DNA of 64,000 nt, taken from Chiloscyllium plagiosum. Taxonomy: Eukaryota. The notes beneath the pieces were generated by a model, which saw nothing but the letters and a program-made list of their open reading frames with translations, was not told the origin of the DNA and made no database searches. A program made the position numbers and the translations under genes. The DNA is taken from NCBI RefSeq assembly GCF_004010195.1, contig NC_057751.1:4836649-4900648 (forward strand), read 5' to 3'. Below, piece by piece: positions 51,109 through 63,967 of this stretch (the first letter of the stretch is position 1; every line of letters begins with the position of its first letter).

Positions 51109-51438
51109 AGCAGTGCGGTGGCTCAGTGGTTAGCACTGCTGCCTCACAGCGCCAGGGACTCTGGTTCAAATACAGAATCGGGCAACTGTCTGTGTGGAGT
51201 TTGCACGTGCTGCCCGTGCCTGTGTGGGTTTCCTCCCAGAAGCTCCAGTTTCCTCCTACAGTGTGGGGGAGGTGGACTGGCCATAGGAAATTCCCCATAG
51301 TGTCCAGGGATGTGCACATTACGTGGATTGGCCTTGGGAAATGCAGGGGTAAGGTAGGGTGCTGGGTCTGGATGGGATGCTCTTCATAGGGGTGGTCTGA
51401 ATGTGATAGGAATATCCACACAATAGGAATTCTATGAA
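51109..51438 (+). mobile_element. HE1-type SINE
   Basis: Same head, core and tail as the other copies. Confidence 0.82.
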
Positions 51439-52943
51439 CTCAGGATGGTGCGTGTTTTGGAGGTGAACTTAACAGTGTTGGTGTTTCCCCTGCAGTTGCT
51501 TCTGTTATCCCACAGGATGCAAAAGCAAACTGCAAAAGATGGCAGATGCTGGAAATCTGAAATAAAATCAGCAAGTCAAATGGGACTAGAGTAGGTTGGG
51601 ATATCTGGTTGGCATGGACGAGTTGGACCAAAGGGTCTGTTTCTGTGCTGTACATCTCTATGACTGTTAAGTGCTGGAGAAACTCAGAAGGTCCACAGAG
51701 AGTGGGAAGCAGAGTAAATCTTCCAAATTGAACATCCTTCAGAGGAAGAAGACTCTTTCTTTGAAGAAGTGTCACACCGGATTTGAACCATGAACCCTGT
51801 TTCTCTCTGTGCGGGTGTTGTCAGACCTGCTGGGTTTCTCCGGCACTTCCTATTTTAATAGGTGGTGGTGGAGTTGGATTTGGAAGGCGCTGTGAGAGTA
51901 GGGACTGCTTGCTGTTTTTTCTGGCATTGTGATCTGAATGGGGAGACAAAGTGAGAATTGTCCCCTTGAAGTTGTGATGAGCACAGCGCTGACGTAATGA
52001 TTTGTATTGGGAAGCAGGATGGGATTTCTTCCAGGACTATTGACTAGTCTGTCAGTGTTTGGTATCGGGATAGCAGAGGGAACGTGGGGAAGCTGAAACC
52101 TCTGAAGGTCAGTCAGAAAGGTGGAGAGAACGTGTTTCCACTTGGAGGGCTGTAATTCATTTCAGATAGTCATGGATAAATCCAACCCTGATCTTCTTTA
52201 CATACATGAATAGTTTGGCATCTCATTGCTAAGCTGTGGTGCTGCATTCTCTTTGCGTCTGTCTGTACCCCTGTGCTGGGCTTTGAACCTGTGAGCTTGG
52301 AGCTCTGGGTTAGTGTTTTTCTTTTTCACAGTTCCTCGTGGTCTGGCTGATCTAGGACAGCTTGCTCTGGAAACATCAGTGTCTGTGACCCTGCCAGTTC
52401 CAGAGTGGAAAATGTGAAGCCATCATATTTTCTGTCAATGCAAAATGAGCACCAAGCCAAGTACAACAGCATTGTGTTTTCTGAGATTTGAAAGGATTTT
52501 CTTGCATTACTGGCTATTTCTCATCTTGCCAAAACTCTTTGTCACCCATGGCCCAATGAGCACCAATCCCTGTTCACCTGGCACTGTTTTTAAATTTGTC
52601 TTGGTCTCATCCCTCATTATCTGTGTCCTTTCTCGCACATGCCTCTGTCGCTTAAGTCCCTGCCTATTAAATATACCTGCTTTCAGTTGGTGCACCACTG
52701 CTGGCGTTGTGAAGGCACAAGTTATGAAATTCCATCCTTCTTTGCACCTCCCCTTTTGCTGCTTTAACACACATCTTAAACCCTCCTTCCTTGGCCAACG
52801 CCATCTGACTGAACATCACCAAATGTGGCTTGGCACCAAGGTTAATTTCACAGTGCTTCTCAGGAGTGCCTCCAAGTACTTCGTTGTGTTGAAGACACGA
52901 GAAAATGTAAGTCGTTGTTGAAATAATGTCCTGTGCCCCACCG

Positions 52944-53085
52944 CTCACACACACAAAGATGCCTACACATGTATGCACATGATACATACATAAACACTAT
53001 TATATGCAAACACATGCATATATACACACAACACACAGACACATACACATGGATATACATGTGTGCACATGTTCCCACGCACATA
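52944..53085. repeat. CA/TA-rich degenerate microsatellite
   Basis: (CA)n/(TACA)n runs. Confidence 0.8.
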
Positions 53086-53474
53086 GAATCACATTTGGAA
53101 CACAGTTCCTTCGACTTGCCTTTTTAAAAAATAGAAGTGTTCGGGTCTGAGCTATCTCTGTTGTGTACTGTGGGGGTGCCTGGTCTAGTCCATGATGAGA
53201 GATTGACAGATGCCTGAGCTGCTATCTCATTGGCTCTGATCCCTCTCACCCCATCATTGTTTGCCAGTGCGACCCACAGCGTGACTGCATACAGGTCGTG
53301 AAACTTGAAAGGATTCAGAAAAGATTTACAAGGATGTTGCCAGAGTTGGAGGGTTTGAGCTAGAGGGAGACACTGAATAGGCTGGGGCTGTTTTCCGTGG
53401 AGCGTCAGAGGCCGAGGAGTGACTCTATTGAGGTTTATAAAATCATGAGAGGCATGGATAGGATAAATACCAAG

Positions 53475-53705
53475 ATAAATACCGACCACTGCAGCGGACA
53501 GCTGGAACTGACAACCGGAAGCGGCAGATTCAAACCACTACAAATGCCGGAGGAAAGATCACAGAAGCGCTTCACAGGAGGCTCCCAAGCACTGAGGATG
53601 TCACCTAGACAGGGGACAAAATGTCTGCAACACAAATTCCCAGCTCGGTGAACAGAACCACAACAACGAGCACCCGAGCTCCAAATCTTCTCACAAACTT
53701 TGAAC
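53475..53705 (+). mobile_element. Second, single-arm copy of the 25.4-kb PLE family, inserted in a CR1 fragment
   Basis: Collinear with 25595-25800; short TSD accaag; hammerhead GAAA mutated to AAAA. Confidence 0.75.
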
Positions 53706-53899
53706 ACCAAGGTCTTTTTCCCAGTTTAGGGGAGTCCAAAACTAGAGGGGCATAGGTTTTGGGTGAGAGGGCAAAAATTTAAAAGGTGCACCGTTTTCAC
53801 ACAGAGGGTGGTGTGTGTATGGGATGAGCTGCCAGAGGAAGTGGTGGAGGCTGGTACAGTTACAACATTTAAAAGGCATCTGGATGGGTATTTGAATAG

Positions 53900-54112
53900 T
53901 TGAAAAGTGCGGCGCTGGAAAAGCACAGCAGGTCAGGCAGCGTCCAAGGAGCAAGAAAATCGACGTTTTGGGCATGTGCCCTTCATCAGCAATCAGAAAC
54001 TTTTCTGATGAAGAGCTTATGCCTGAAACATCAATCCTCCTGCTCCTCAGATGCTGCCTGACCTGCTGTGCTTTTGCAGCACCGCACTTTTCAACTCAGA
54101 TCTCCAGCATCT
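53900..54112. mobile_element. Fold-back PLE terminus pair inserted in a CR1 3' fragment
   Basis: About 90-bp inverted arms of the same family as 2423, 7664 and 43995. Confidence 0.7.
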
Positions 54113-54629
54113 TCCCTTTCTCCTGGGTATGTGAATCGAAAGGGATATGGGCCAAATGCTGGCAAATGGGACTCGGTTCATGGTTAACGGTATGGAGGAG
54201 TTGGACCTCAGGGTGTTTCGGTGCTGTACATCTCTATGACTCTGTGAACAGGTCTGAGCAATGAAGGCAAGTGTGCTCAGTGCCTCATTAACCACCCTGT
54301 CTTCCTGGGACATATACCTGAAAGAATCATATACCTGAGCCCTGAGGTCTCTCTGCTCTCCAGAGCCCCACCATTCCTCAGGGACCGGTTCAGAGCTACA
54401 GCATCCTTGGTACCTTTGCTTTTATTCCAGTGAAAGAGGGGCACTCCGGGCTGGACGGATTCTCTGACCAAACCAGAGTTGAAAATGGAGTTGTGGATTT
54501 TAATTTTGACGTGTGTGTCCTCAAAGTGAAATGCAACTCAGCTCCCGTTCGACTCCCAACAAAGCAGACAAAGGGGACGTTTTTTTTCTGGGGCAGGAGT
54601 TTGTGTGTGTTTTTTTTTGGGGAGGGGGC

Positions 54630-54850
54630 TCCTCGCTATTGGTTGGCTGCTGTTTCTGATCATCTCCTGACACACCAATGGGCAAGCGGCTAAAAGTGAC
54701 AGGGGAGATGGGGAAGGGGGAGGGCACGGCAAGATGCAAAGTTGGGACTGAGGCAAGTGGGCAGTATCCTCACTGAGAGTGGTGACTGACTGCTCGCCTG
54801 TCCTGGAACCTCTTCCCCGCATCCCACAGCTCGCTCGGACTTTCTTCTGG
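54630..54850 (+). promoter_or_regulatory. Promoter and non-coding first exon of a third gene (possibly LOXL2)
   Basis: ATTGG/CCAAT pair, TATA-like GCTAAAAG, locally raised CpG, consensus donor tgg|gtaagt at 54851. Confidence 0.5.
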
Positions 54851-57303
54851 GTAAGTGCCCGAACGGTTTTGTGGGCGCCTGTCTTGCTCCTCTTCCCTCC
54901 CCAGCCCAGCCCAGTTGAGTTGCTACCTCTGGTTGCCAGCAAACTTTTGCAGAAGAATTAAGCTGAAGGCTGTATGGGAATGTCTGGTTCTTTGTGTGCG
55001 TGTGAGAGAGAGAGAGAGAGTGTGGGTTTGTCAGAGGAGGGGAACAGGGAACAGCCCTTGGAATTTCCATGGCTGTTCACTGTGTCAGACAGCTCCTAGT
55101 TTAATTTTCCCAGGATGGAGAGAGGGTCAGGAAAGGAGTGGAGTGGAGTGGAGTGGGGTGGGGTGGGGTGGGGGGAGGAGGGAGACGGAAAACAGCACAG
55201 CTCCTCTAGTTGCGAGTAATTTATAATGAGCTCCTCTGTTTCTTTGTGCGGGCGGATGGTTTAATCGGAGCCCCCAGTTCTGATATGAAGGCTGCAAGTC
55301 GACATTGCAGCCCAGCAGAGGGAGGGCAGTGTGAAAGCTTAACTGAGCGCTGGAGACCCCCCCCCCCCCCACTGTGATCTGGGAGGGGGGACGGGGGAGA
55401 GAGATTGACCACCCGTGGGGCAGCCCACAGCCGTGGGGCCGAATGGCCTGCTCTCTCTCTCGCTCAGCCCAGAGTAGGAGAGGTGTTGCTGGGGAAGATG
55501 TTGAGGCTGACTACGCTGCTGTACCCAAACCTGGGGTCCTGGGGCAGAGACCCTGTTCCGTCACCCAGCAAACGACACCCTCTTCCCCCACCACCCGCGT
55601 CTTGTCTTCACTGACCCTTGCCAGGTTTGTCCCTGTCCACACCCACCCCCCCTGTCAGCCCTTAGAAGGGACCCTCATCCAGACAATGGGGGAAAGGGAT
55701 CAACTGCCCCTTGTTCCCCCGCCAATGGTGTTTGTGGGATCTTACTGTGTGCAGCCACACACCCCTCCACCCCCCCCCGCCATTCCCAGTTCTCTCCCTT
55801 TAAAGGAATGATCCCTGTGGATGGGATTGTCAGAGTGCTTGAGGATGTGGCGAGCTGGCAGGAAGAGATTTTGAGATCCCAAGTCTCTGAGTGTCCTTGG
55901 AGTGAGAGCGCAGTGTCTCCAGCCAGTTCCTCATGTATAGCTGTCCAAGTGGCAGCTCTGCAAAAGGCTGAGACAGTTCAGAAACTGCAATCCTCCCTGC
56001 CTTCCCTCTCCCACTCCAGTGTCCTCTTTCTCACTGCATTTGTCCTGAAGCAGCCACTGAATATGTCCACACTGGGAACAAACTGGAGGGAGCTTTCCCA
56101 GATTCCGTCTCATAATCCCTGCCTCAGAAATGTGCTGTTCTCACAGTATTGTCCTAATGTGGCATTACCCCTTTGTCACTGTGTGAGTGTGTCTCTCTCT
56201 CTCTCTGTATCTGTCTGTTCCTGTACATCAGGGCACTTTGTGAGCTGTGAGAGTCTAGGCTATCCCCACATTTAGAAGCACAGAAAATGTGTGCAGGCTA
56301 TTCAGTCTTTGGAGCCTGCACCACCATTCAATATGATCGTGGCTGATCATGTAGTTTCAGTATCTCACTCCTGTTGTCCCTCCATGCCACAGAGAGCTTG
56401 CTTACATGCATTGAAAGCTGAGCTCATTGGATTCTTGATCAGACGGGGAGACAAGGGTGAGGGGAAAAGGGTGTGAAGTCAGCTGTGATCCTGTTGAATG
56501 GCAGAGCAGGCTCGAGAGATTGAACGGCCTAATCCTGTTTGTATTTTGTATGGTCTCATTTCTGTTTGATCAGGATGAGCAGTTGTGACAAAATTTAACA
56601 GTACCTGATAATCTTTGATTTGCTTTAGTCTTGTCACATGTACCAAGGCACAGTGAAAAGTTTTTTTTGGAGTGTAATACAGGCAGATCATCCAGAGTGC
56701 ATGAGGGTAATGGAACAGAGCAAGGAATGCTGTGTTACAGCTGCATTGTAGGTTTACAAAGAACGAGGTCAACATTAAATTTAAAATTTGAGAGGTCCGT
56801 TCAGAAGACAAATAACAGCAGAAGCTGTTCTGGAATCTTTGGTACATGTGTTTATGATTCTGTATGTTCTGCCTGTGGAGGAGTTTGGAAGAGATCATAC
56901 CTGGGGATGCAAGGGTCTATTGCTGATGCTGGCTGCCTTCCCGAGACAGTGAGAAGTGTGGAGGGAGTCAGTGGATTGTGATGTTTGGAAGGGAGTTTGG
57001 ATTCTAAAGTCAAGGTAAATAGGGTTTTGGTTTTCAGTACTGAGAAGGTCTGATCTCGATTTTTGAAAAGGCGGTCAGAAAGTCTGATAGAACAGTGACC
57101 GAAAGACATCCTTTCCAAGAAATCACAAGACCCGAGCTCCCTGATTCAGTGTGCTGTCTGCACATTTGATCATTGTGAGTTTTTTTGAGGCGCAGAAAAA
57201 GCAAATGGCCAGGGCACACAGGCCAGTCAAGTTCAGAGGAAAAGATTCATTTCAACAGAATTCTTATTGATGGAAATCCTCAGGCTAGCAGAGCTGGAAG
57301 CAA

Positions 57304-57600
57304 ATTAGATTACTTAGTGTGGAAACAGGCCCTTCGGCCCAACAGGTCCACACCGACCCTCCGAAGAGCAACCCACCCAGACCCATTCCCCTATGTTTAC
57401 CCCTTCACCTAACACTACGGACAATTTAGCATGGCCAATTCACCTAACCGGCACATCTTTGGAGTGTGGGAGGAAACCGGAGCAGACCCACGCAATCACA
57501 GGGAGGATGTGCAAACTCCACACAGACAGTCGCCTGAGGTGGGAATTGAACCCGGGTCTCTGGCGCTGTGAGGCAGCAGTGCTAACCACTGTGCCGCCCC
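57304..57600 (-). mobile_element. HE1-type SINE
   Basis: Reverse complement of the family. Confidence 0.85.
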
Positions 57601-58654
57601 CAAATCTTAAGCTGTTTAGTTTCCAAGTAGCTGAAGTCAGAGTAGAGAGAGGGTGTGAGCTTGTCTGTCTGTCCTGGAAAAGGGACAGCAATGGAGGGCA
57701 TCCCATTCGGTCAATGTGCTGGGAGTGACTAAAGAAAATCTATGCAAGTGAAGATGGGAACAATACCGAACAACATCAATTATCCAAACGGGTCGGGCGG
57801 GGAATATTTGGTTAGGATAACTGATTGTTTACCATCAGATCAGTGAACCAAACAAAGGAAGATCTTGTATCCGATAATCCGAAATTCGGATAGTTGATGT
57901 TCGGATAACTGAGGTTCTGTACAGGGGTTGAGTCACTCTCCAGCATATAGCGAGAAAAAGGGTTGATTATTTCAATTTTTTTCACTTTCTTCTGAGAACC
58001 AGCCTGGTTGGTGATGTCGCAAACGCCCGTTCCATGGCTCACAAGCCGTAGAGTGGGAGTGGGACATGGTGTTCCTGATCATGAGGCAGGAATACAGCTT
58101 ACTGTGCCACCAGACCTCTGAATCCGGGTTCAGAAACAGCAGATAGTCACTGATACGTCAAGGGAGGCATTCAGGTGAAATGGCTTTCCCCAGGAGAGTG
58201 TGGAAAATGTGCAACTTGCTCACACAGGGAATGAACAGGATCAGTGCACTGAAGGGCAAGCTGGATTAATGTGAAGCTGAAAGGGCCAAGAGGTAATGTT
58301 CATGGGGAGAGAATACAGGAGCTTCACATGGACCATCAAGATCTGTTGGAGGAAGTGGCCTGTTTCTGTGCTCTGTCTTCTATGTGTGAGCTATTGCTTG
58401 GACAAGGGAGACAGTGACATGTCCAAGATGCAGGTTTGTAGGAGGGTGTAAGGGACAGGCTGCCATCTTCTCCCCCTCTGTGCCTTAACAGCACTGGGTA
58501 GCCTGTACATGTCTGAGTAGTGGTGGATTATCACTGAGAGCCTGTCCCAAGACATCCAAGTACATTATGAGGCTGTGGGATTTAGAATACAACGCACAGT
58601 CTGAATGCTGACACACTGAGAGAGTTATTCTCTCATTGGACCTGAGCCTCTGGC

Positions 58655-59210
58655 TAGGCCCAGCATTTAGTGCCTGTCCCTACATGCCCCTTGGGAAGGT
58701 GGGGGTGAGCTGCCTTCTTGAACCGCTGCAGTCCATGCACTGTGGGTAGACCCACAATGCCCTTAGGGAGGGAATTCCAGGACTTTGATCCAGCAGCAGT
58801 GAAGGAACGGTGAGAGGTTTCCAAGTCAGGATGGTCAGCGGTTCGGAGGGGAACTTGTAGGGGGTGGTGTTCCCATGTATCTACTGCCCTTGTCCTTTGA
58901 GATGGAAGTGGTTGTGGGTTTGGAAGGTGCTGCCTGAGGATCTTTGGTGAATTGCTGCAGTACATCTTGTAGATGGTACACACTGCTGCTACTGAGTGAG
59001 GGAGTGGATGTTTGTGGACGTGGTGCCAATCAAGTGGGGGCTGCTTTGTCCCTGGATGGTATCGAGCTTCTTGAGTGTTGTTGGAGCTTCCTCATCCAGG
59101 CAAGTGGGGAGTAATCCATCCCACTCCTGACCTGTGCCATGTAGATGGTGGACAGGCTTCAGGGAGTCAGGAGGGGAGTTATTCACCACAGTATTCCCAG
59201 CCTCTGAGCT
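58655..59210 (-). mobile_element. CR1/L2-clade LINE 3' fragment (related copy at 3421-3685, +)
   Basis: SFTAAGSKSWNSLPKGIVG peptide and shared 3' end. Confidence 0.75.
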
Positions 59211-60029
59211 GCCCAAGTAGATGGTGGACAGGAGGCTTTAGGGCGTACACACACACACACATTACAGAGTGGGAGTATAGGTTGAGCAATTTTAAGTTGT
59301 TTTAAGGTAAGAAGGGTGTACGTTTTTTTGAAGGTTGGTGATTTGGTTGGTTTGAGGTTCTCTGTGGTGACACCTCTGGAGGTTGGTTCCAAGGTAATTG
59401 AAGCATGTGGATTTGTGTACCTCTACTTATCCAGTAAATTGTCTATTTACATCAATCGTTTTTATTGGAGGTAATAGCCACTAAGCTGATCCCTTTGGAG
59501 AAATGTCTGACTCTGCAAGTGGTTGTGGACACCAAAAATCAAATGGCAGAGAAGGTTCAAAACTTGCAAGATGTGCAGACAGAGAACCATGCAAGGATTT
59601 TCAATTTTGTTGTAGTGGTCTGCAGAGATGAGAGTGGTACTCTCTCCAGGGTGTGGGGCAGCCCACACAGATGCAGGAGAGCATCTCTTTACATAGGTAT
59701 ACCGGGCCTGATCTCTACATCACATCTAACTGCGCATTCAGCAATAAAACTGCTGGCTTCTCCATGAAAGCCTGGGAAAGAATGAGTTCGTTTAATTCCA
59801 GAGAGAAGTTCAGTCAGTGCTCTCTGGATAGGGCATAGGACTAGTATTGTAAAATTCCACCTGACTCCTACAATGGACGTCCTGCACACATGTACATATG
59901 TGGATTGAAATGTGACTTTCACAGTGTGGTTCAGTATGTGGTCACACATCACCTCCTCCAGGTTAGAAGGTTCTTGGTGAGTAGTTAAGTCCAGAAACAG
60001 GAGCACACGATCTGAACTACTGTCATCAG

Positions 60030-60200
60030 CAGTGGTGCTAAGGGAGTGCTGAACCGTCAGCGGTGCAGTCTTTTCTGAGATGGCACACAAAAGCCTTTTC
60101 TGGTGGGTGTCAAAAATCTCGTGCCACTCTGGTCAAGGAGAGGAAGGGAGATGTGGCTGGCTTCCTTACCCAGCCTTTATCCCACAACAGACCTCACTGA
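60030..60200 (+). mobile_element. Old Deu-domain-type SINE fragment; relatives near 9270-9640, 12060-12430 (-), 46370-46500 and 50140-50290
   Basis: agggagtgctg...gtctttt..gagatg segment here, and the ttgctgtgtgcaaattg / attggctgtgaagcactttggga tail in related copies. Confidence 0.5.
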
Positions 60201-60354
60201 GACGCGTTGCTGGTTTCTCTTGGTTTCTTTGAGCTGAAGCAGTTACACGTGATTCCAGGAGAATCTGAAGTCTCTGTCTCTGGATGCTGTTCCCTCCTGT
60301 CTGTAAGAATCTGTGTTTGAATTTACCTTTTTTGCCAAGGGATATGTTTATAGA

Positions 60355-61085
60355 CAAAGAAACCCTGCAGATGCTGGAATCCAAAGTAGACAGGCAGGAG
60401 GCTGGGAGAACACAGCAAGATGCAAAATGTACGAGGACTCCAATCCCCTTCACCTCCATCCAGGGCCCCAAACAGTCCATCCAGGTGAGACAGAGGTTCA
60501 CCTGCCTCTCCTCCAACCTAGTTTACTGTATCAGGTGCTCCCGATGCAGCCTTCTCTACATCGGGGAGACTGAACATAAACTTGGGGAACGGTTCATCAA
60601 ATATCCGAGCTAGGCCCACAGGGACCGACCGGACCTCCCAGTCACCGGCCATTTTACTTCCCCTTCCCACTCCTCCATTGCCACAACGTCCCAAACTGCA
60701 AATGGGAGGAACAATACCTCATCTTCCACCTGGGCAGCCTACACCCTGGAGGACTCGACAATGAGTTCTCCAATTTCAAATGACCCCCACCCTGCCTCTC
60801 CCCGCCCTCCTCCCTGCCTCCAACAGGATTCATTCCTCCCATTGACCAACCAGGTCATACCCTCTGCCTGTCTTCACCTATCCCCACTTCACCACCCTGC
60901 TCCCACCACCTCCTTTATCTGCAGCTCCCCCAACAACCAGCCCCAGTCCTGAAGAAGGGTTACACCTGAAACGTTGACTTCTCCACCTCCAGGTGCTGCC
61001 TGCCTTGCTGTGTTCCCCCAGGCTCCTGCCTGTCCCTCCTGATGCTGCCTGGCTTGCTGTGTTCTTCCAGCCTCCTGCTTGTCCG
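60355..61085 (+). mobile_element. 5'-truncated Penelope-like retroelement with GIY-YIG endonuclease remnant and inverted terminus
   Basis: Translation FTCLSSNLVYCIRCSRCSLLYIGETEHKLGERF; 5' segment about 60380-60420 is inverted relative to the 3' end; hammerhead motif present. Confidence 0.85.
60945..60979 (+). ncRNA. Minimal hammerhead ribozyme motif at the 3' end of a GIY-YIG-bearing PLE
   Basis: AGTC-CTGAAGA-A-GGGT tac ACCT-GAAAC-GTT-GACT with perfect stem I. Confidence 0.6.
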
Positions 61086-63967
61086 TAAATGGGTGTGTTT
61101 ATGTCTTGTTACTATATTGGAGCAGTTAATTAGGAATAATTACTGTATTGGGTCAGTTCAGTTTTCCATTAATTAAGTTATTCTAAATTCAGCTTTATTT
61201 TGTTCATGTTTCAAGCAAAATGTGTAAATAAATGCTGTTTTGCTTAAAGCCGAGTGGTTTGACCAGCTGTATCTCTCCTGGATTATCCACTTTACAAGAA
61301 GAAAAAGTTAGGGTCTGGGCTACCTTCTGAAAATATTCTGAGATGATCTGGCCTGGTCCCGAACAGATGAAAAAGTAAAATTTCAGACCAAGTTCATGAC
61401 AGTTCAGTTCACAGCTCCTGGGTTCGGGGAAAGGTGATTAAGGAACGCCACCTGAAGATGCAGCCAGGATGAGACCAGCACGCCAGGCTTCCGCCAAAGA
61501 GGACCACCATTCCAGGTGACACCACCACTCTGGCATGAAATCGCCTGCCAGGCTGCTGGAACATGCAGAAAACGAAGACGAGGAGGAGCTCCACACGGGG
61601 ATGAGACCACTAACTCTCCACCTTCAGGTGTCTGGGCCCAGCCTGCGAGTCTGGGATAGGTGTGGGAGTCCGCCTGGGACCCTGCTGCTAGCTTACCGCA
61701 CTGTGTCCAGCCTGCCCCTCCCTCACTGCTCTCCAGACCCAAAAGAAATGAAATACGATGAGGAGCCAAAGAAAACAAGTGCTTGTGATGTGGTCAGACT
61801 GGTGCTGAGTCCTCAGTGAGAATAAACAGAGTATTCGAGTCCACACTGTGGGTATGCTTACCTTTCCACTGAACTTTGTTCTAACTTTGGAGTTTACCAC
61901 AAGACCATCCACAGAATCGCTTTTCTCCAGAACCTGTTGTCATGTGATCTCCATAACCCCATTGATGTCACCTGACTGTCCAAGCCTTTGGAGAATTAGC
62001 CTTTGCCTTTCTTTCCAAGTCTCTGAGTCTGCACATCAGCTGAAGAATGCCGGGTGTACCGTAGATCATGTGGGATATTTACCGAGTCTGCTGAGGGGAG
62101 GAGACATGAGCTTCGTTGGAACACATCTAACTGTGAGCCACATCCTGCACCAGGTCTAACAGAGACCACACTTTCAGGAGGAGTTCATTGGTGATGTTTA
62201 AGGGGCCCCACTTTGAACTTTGCGACGTAGTTGCTGTCTCTCGTGTGATCTGGTGTAAGATGTGCCCTACAATAAGATGTGGTCCAGTGTAGTTTGTGTG
62301 TGCTGTACCCCGGGTGACTGCTGTAGATGTTGCCTGTGAGCTGAATGATGCTAATATTTTTACAATGGATTGTGAAAGTTGCTTTGGGATGTCCTGAAAA
62401 AGGGCAGTTCTCATTCCTGAAGCCCCTGGGACCTGATCAATGGAATGGTGTCATTGAGTCAGAGAGGTCAACAGCCAAGAAAACGTCCCTTCGGCCCATC
62501 AATTATACGCCAGAGAAAAACATCGGCCTAACAAGTCGAATCCATTTTCCAGCTCTTGGCCCACAGCCTTTCCAGTCCGGGCATGGCAAGAGATCATCTC
62601 AGTCTTTCTACCATGTCTAAAGGGTTTCCACCTTGACCACCCTGACAGGCAGTGAATTCCAGATTCCAGTTCCTGACAAGTAAAACACTACCTCCAGGTG
62701 AATGTGAGGGAGGCTGTACTTCTCAATCTCCTCCTCCAGGCTTCAGTCTTCCGTGCAACAGCTGGGACTGTGTCGCCAGAAAGAGAAGATCATTTCTCAC
62801 CAGCAAGCAAGGTTTGGGCCTGCTCTCTCCTGTCTGTCCACTCTCTCACTCCCCCCATCTGTCTGCGCTCTCTCTCTCTCTTTCTCTCTCTCTCACTCAC
62901 TCTCACTTTGTCTGTCTTTCTCTCACACGCACTTTCACTCTCAGTCTGCCTGTCTGTCTCTTTCTCCATCTGTGTGTGTGTCACTGTCTCTGTCTCTCTT
63001 TCTCACCTTCTCACCCTTGTTAACATCTCAGACATTGCGAGGGGCAGGTGGGTGGAGGTATTTCAGAGTTTTTTTGACTGTGGTGGGGAGCAATAATCCA
63101 AATTGAGTCTCCGGAGTCTCTGTATTGGGATCTTTCTGTGCAGGAATGAAGTTCTCGATTGCTCATTGATCAAGGTCTGCCTCAGGAACACAGTTTTGAA
63201 ACGTTGCTGTCTCCGTTTCAATGAAACTGCCTCCAAACCTCTCCTTCAACCTGAGGGGAACTGTTTCAGTCAAATCATTGCAGCTTGTTCCTGGCCAAAA
63301 ACCACTGGGAGCATTTCCATCACTGAGACTGAGCCAACTCCTCCTCCACCCTTCTTCCTCTCCTCCACTCTTCCCTCCTCACTCCCTCTTCCTTCTTCCC
63401 CTCCTCTGTCTCCTCTCCATCATCCCTCTCCCACGATCTTTCTGTATCGGAGCCTGCAGCCTGGGACAGCTGATTGTGCGCCTCTCGCATTGACATGGGC
63501 AGTGGGGGGAGCTTGGGGGGGGGTGGGGAGCGCAGTTATGTTGAGTTTGTTGTCCGTCTTGATGTGGTGTGGACCCTGTTGGGATACTGGCTGGGTCAGA
63601 CAGAAATGCTAACTGTTCTGTGTTGAGCGTGTGTCTCTCTGGCGTGAAAATGTTGCAAATGGACGGCACGGGTACCTTGACCATCTCGGCTGCCCCCATG
63701 TCAGACAAATCCAGAGTGAGAGGGGTATCCTTTCTGTCTAAACTGAGGGCACACAGCTGCTGGGCCCAGTCCAGTGACAATCCCAGATGTGAAACCTCTT
63801 CAGCAGAACATGTCTGCATGAGCAACACGCCAGTGGGTTCTACTTTCTGCCCATTTTTTCACCTTGGTTTGTGCTTCCCCTCTCTGCAGGAGACCAACAG
63901 CATTCTGAAACTCCGGATCAAAGAACACAGCCAAGATTTCCTCGGCGGTTCCCGCAGGTGACGGAGG

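Larger units (their letters stand above)
53293..54245 (+). mobile_element. CR1/HER1 3' fragment carrying two PLE insertions
   Basis: CR1 sequence is collinear after removing 53475-53705 and 53900-54112. Confidence 0.8.

Noticed and set aside
53588..53630. Active hammerhead in the second copy of the 25.4-kb family
   Set aside because: Conserved GAAA is mutated to AAAA and stem III is disrupted
55374..56275. 145-aa and 155-aa ORFs after the third promoter
   Set aside because: No recognisable domain, biased composition, and located in the presumed first intron
62652..63961. Several 115-170-aa ORFs near the window end
   Set aside because: Arise from CT-rich low-complexity sequence lacking stops; no homology signal
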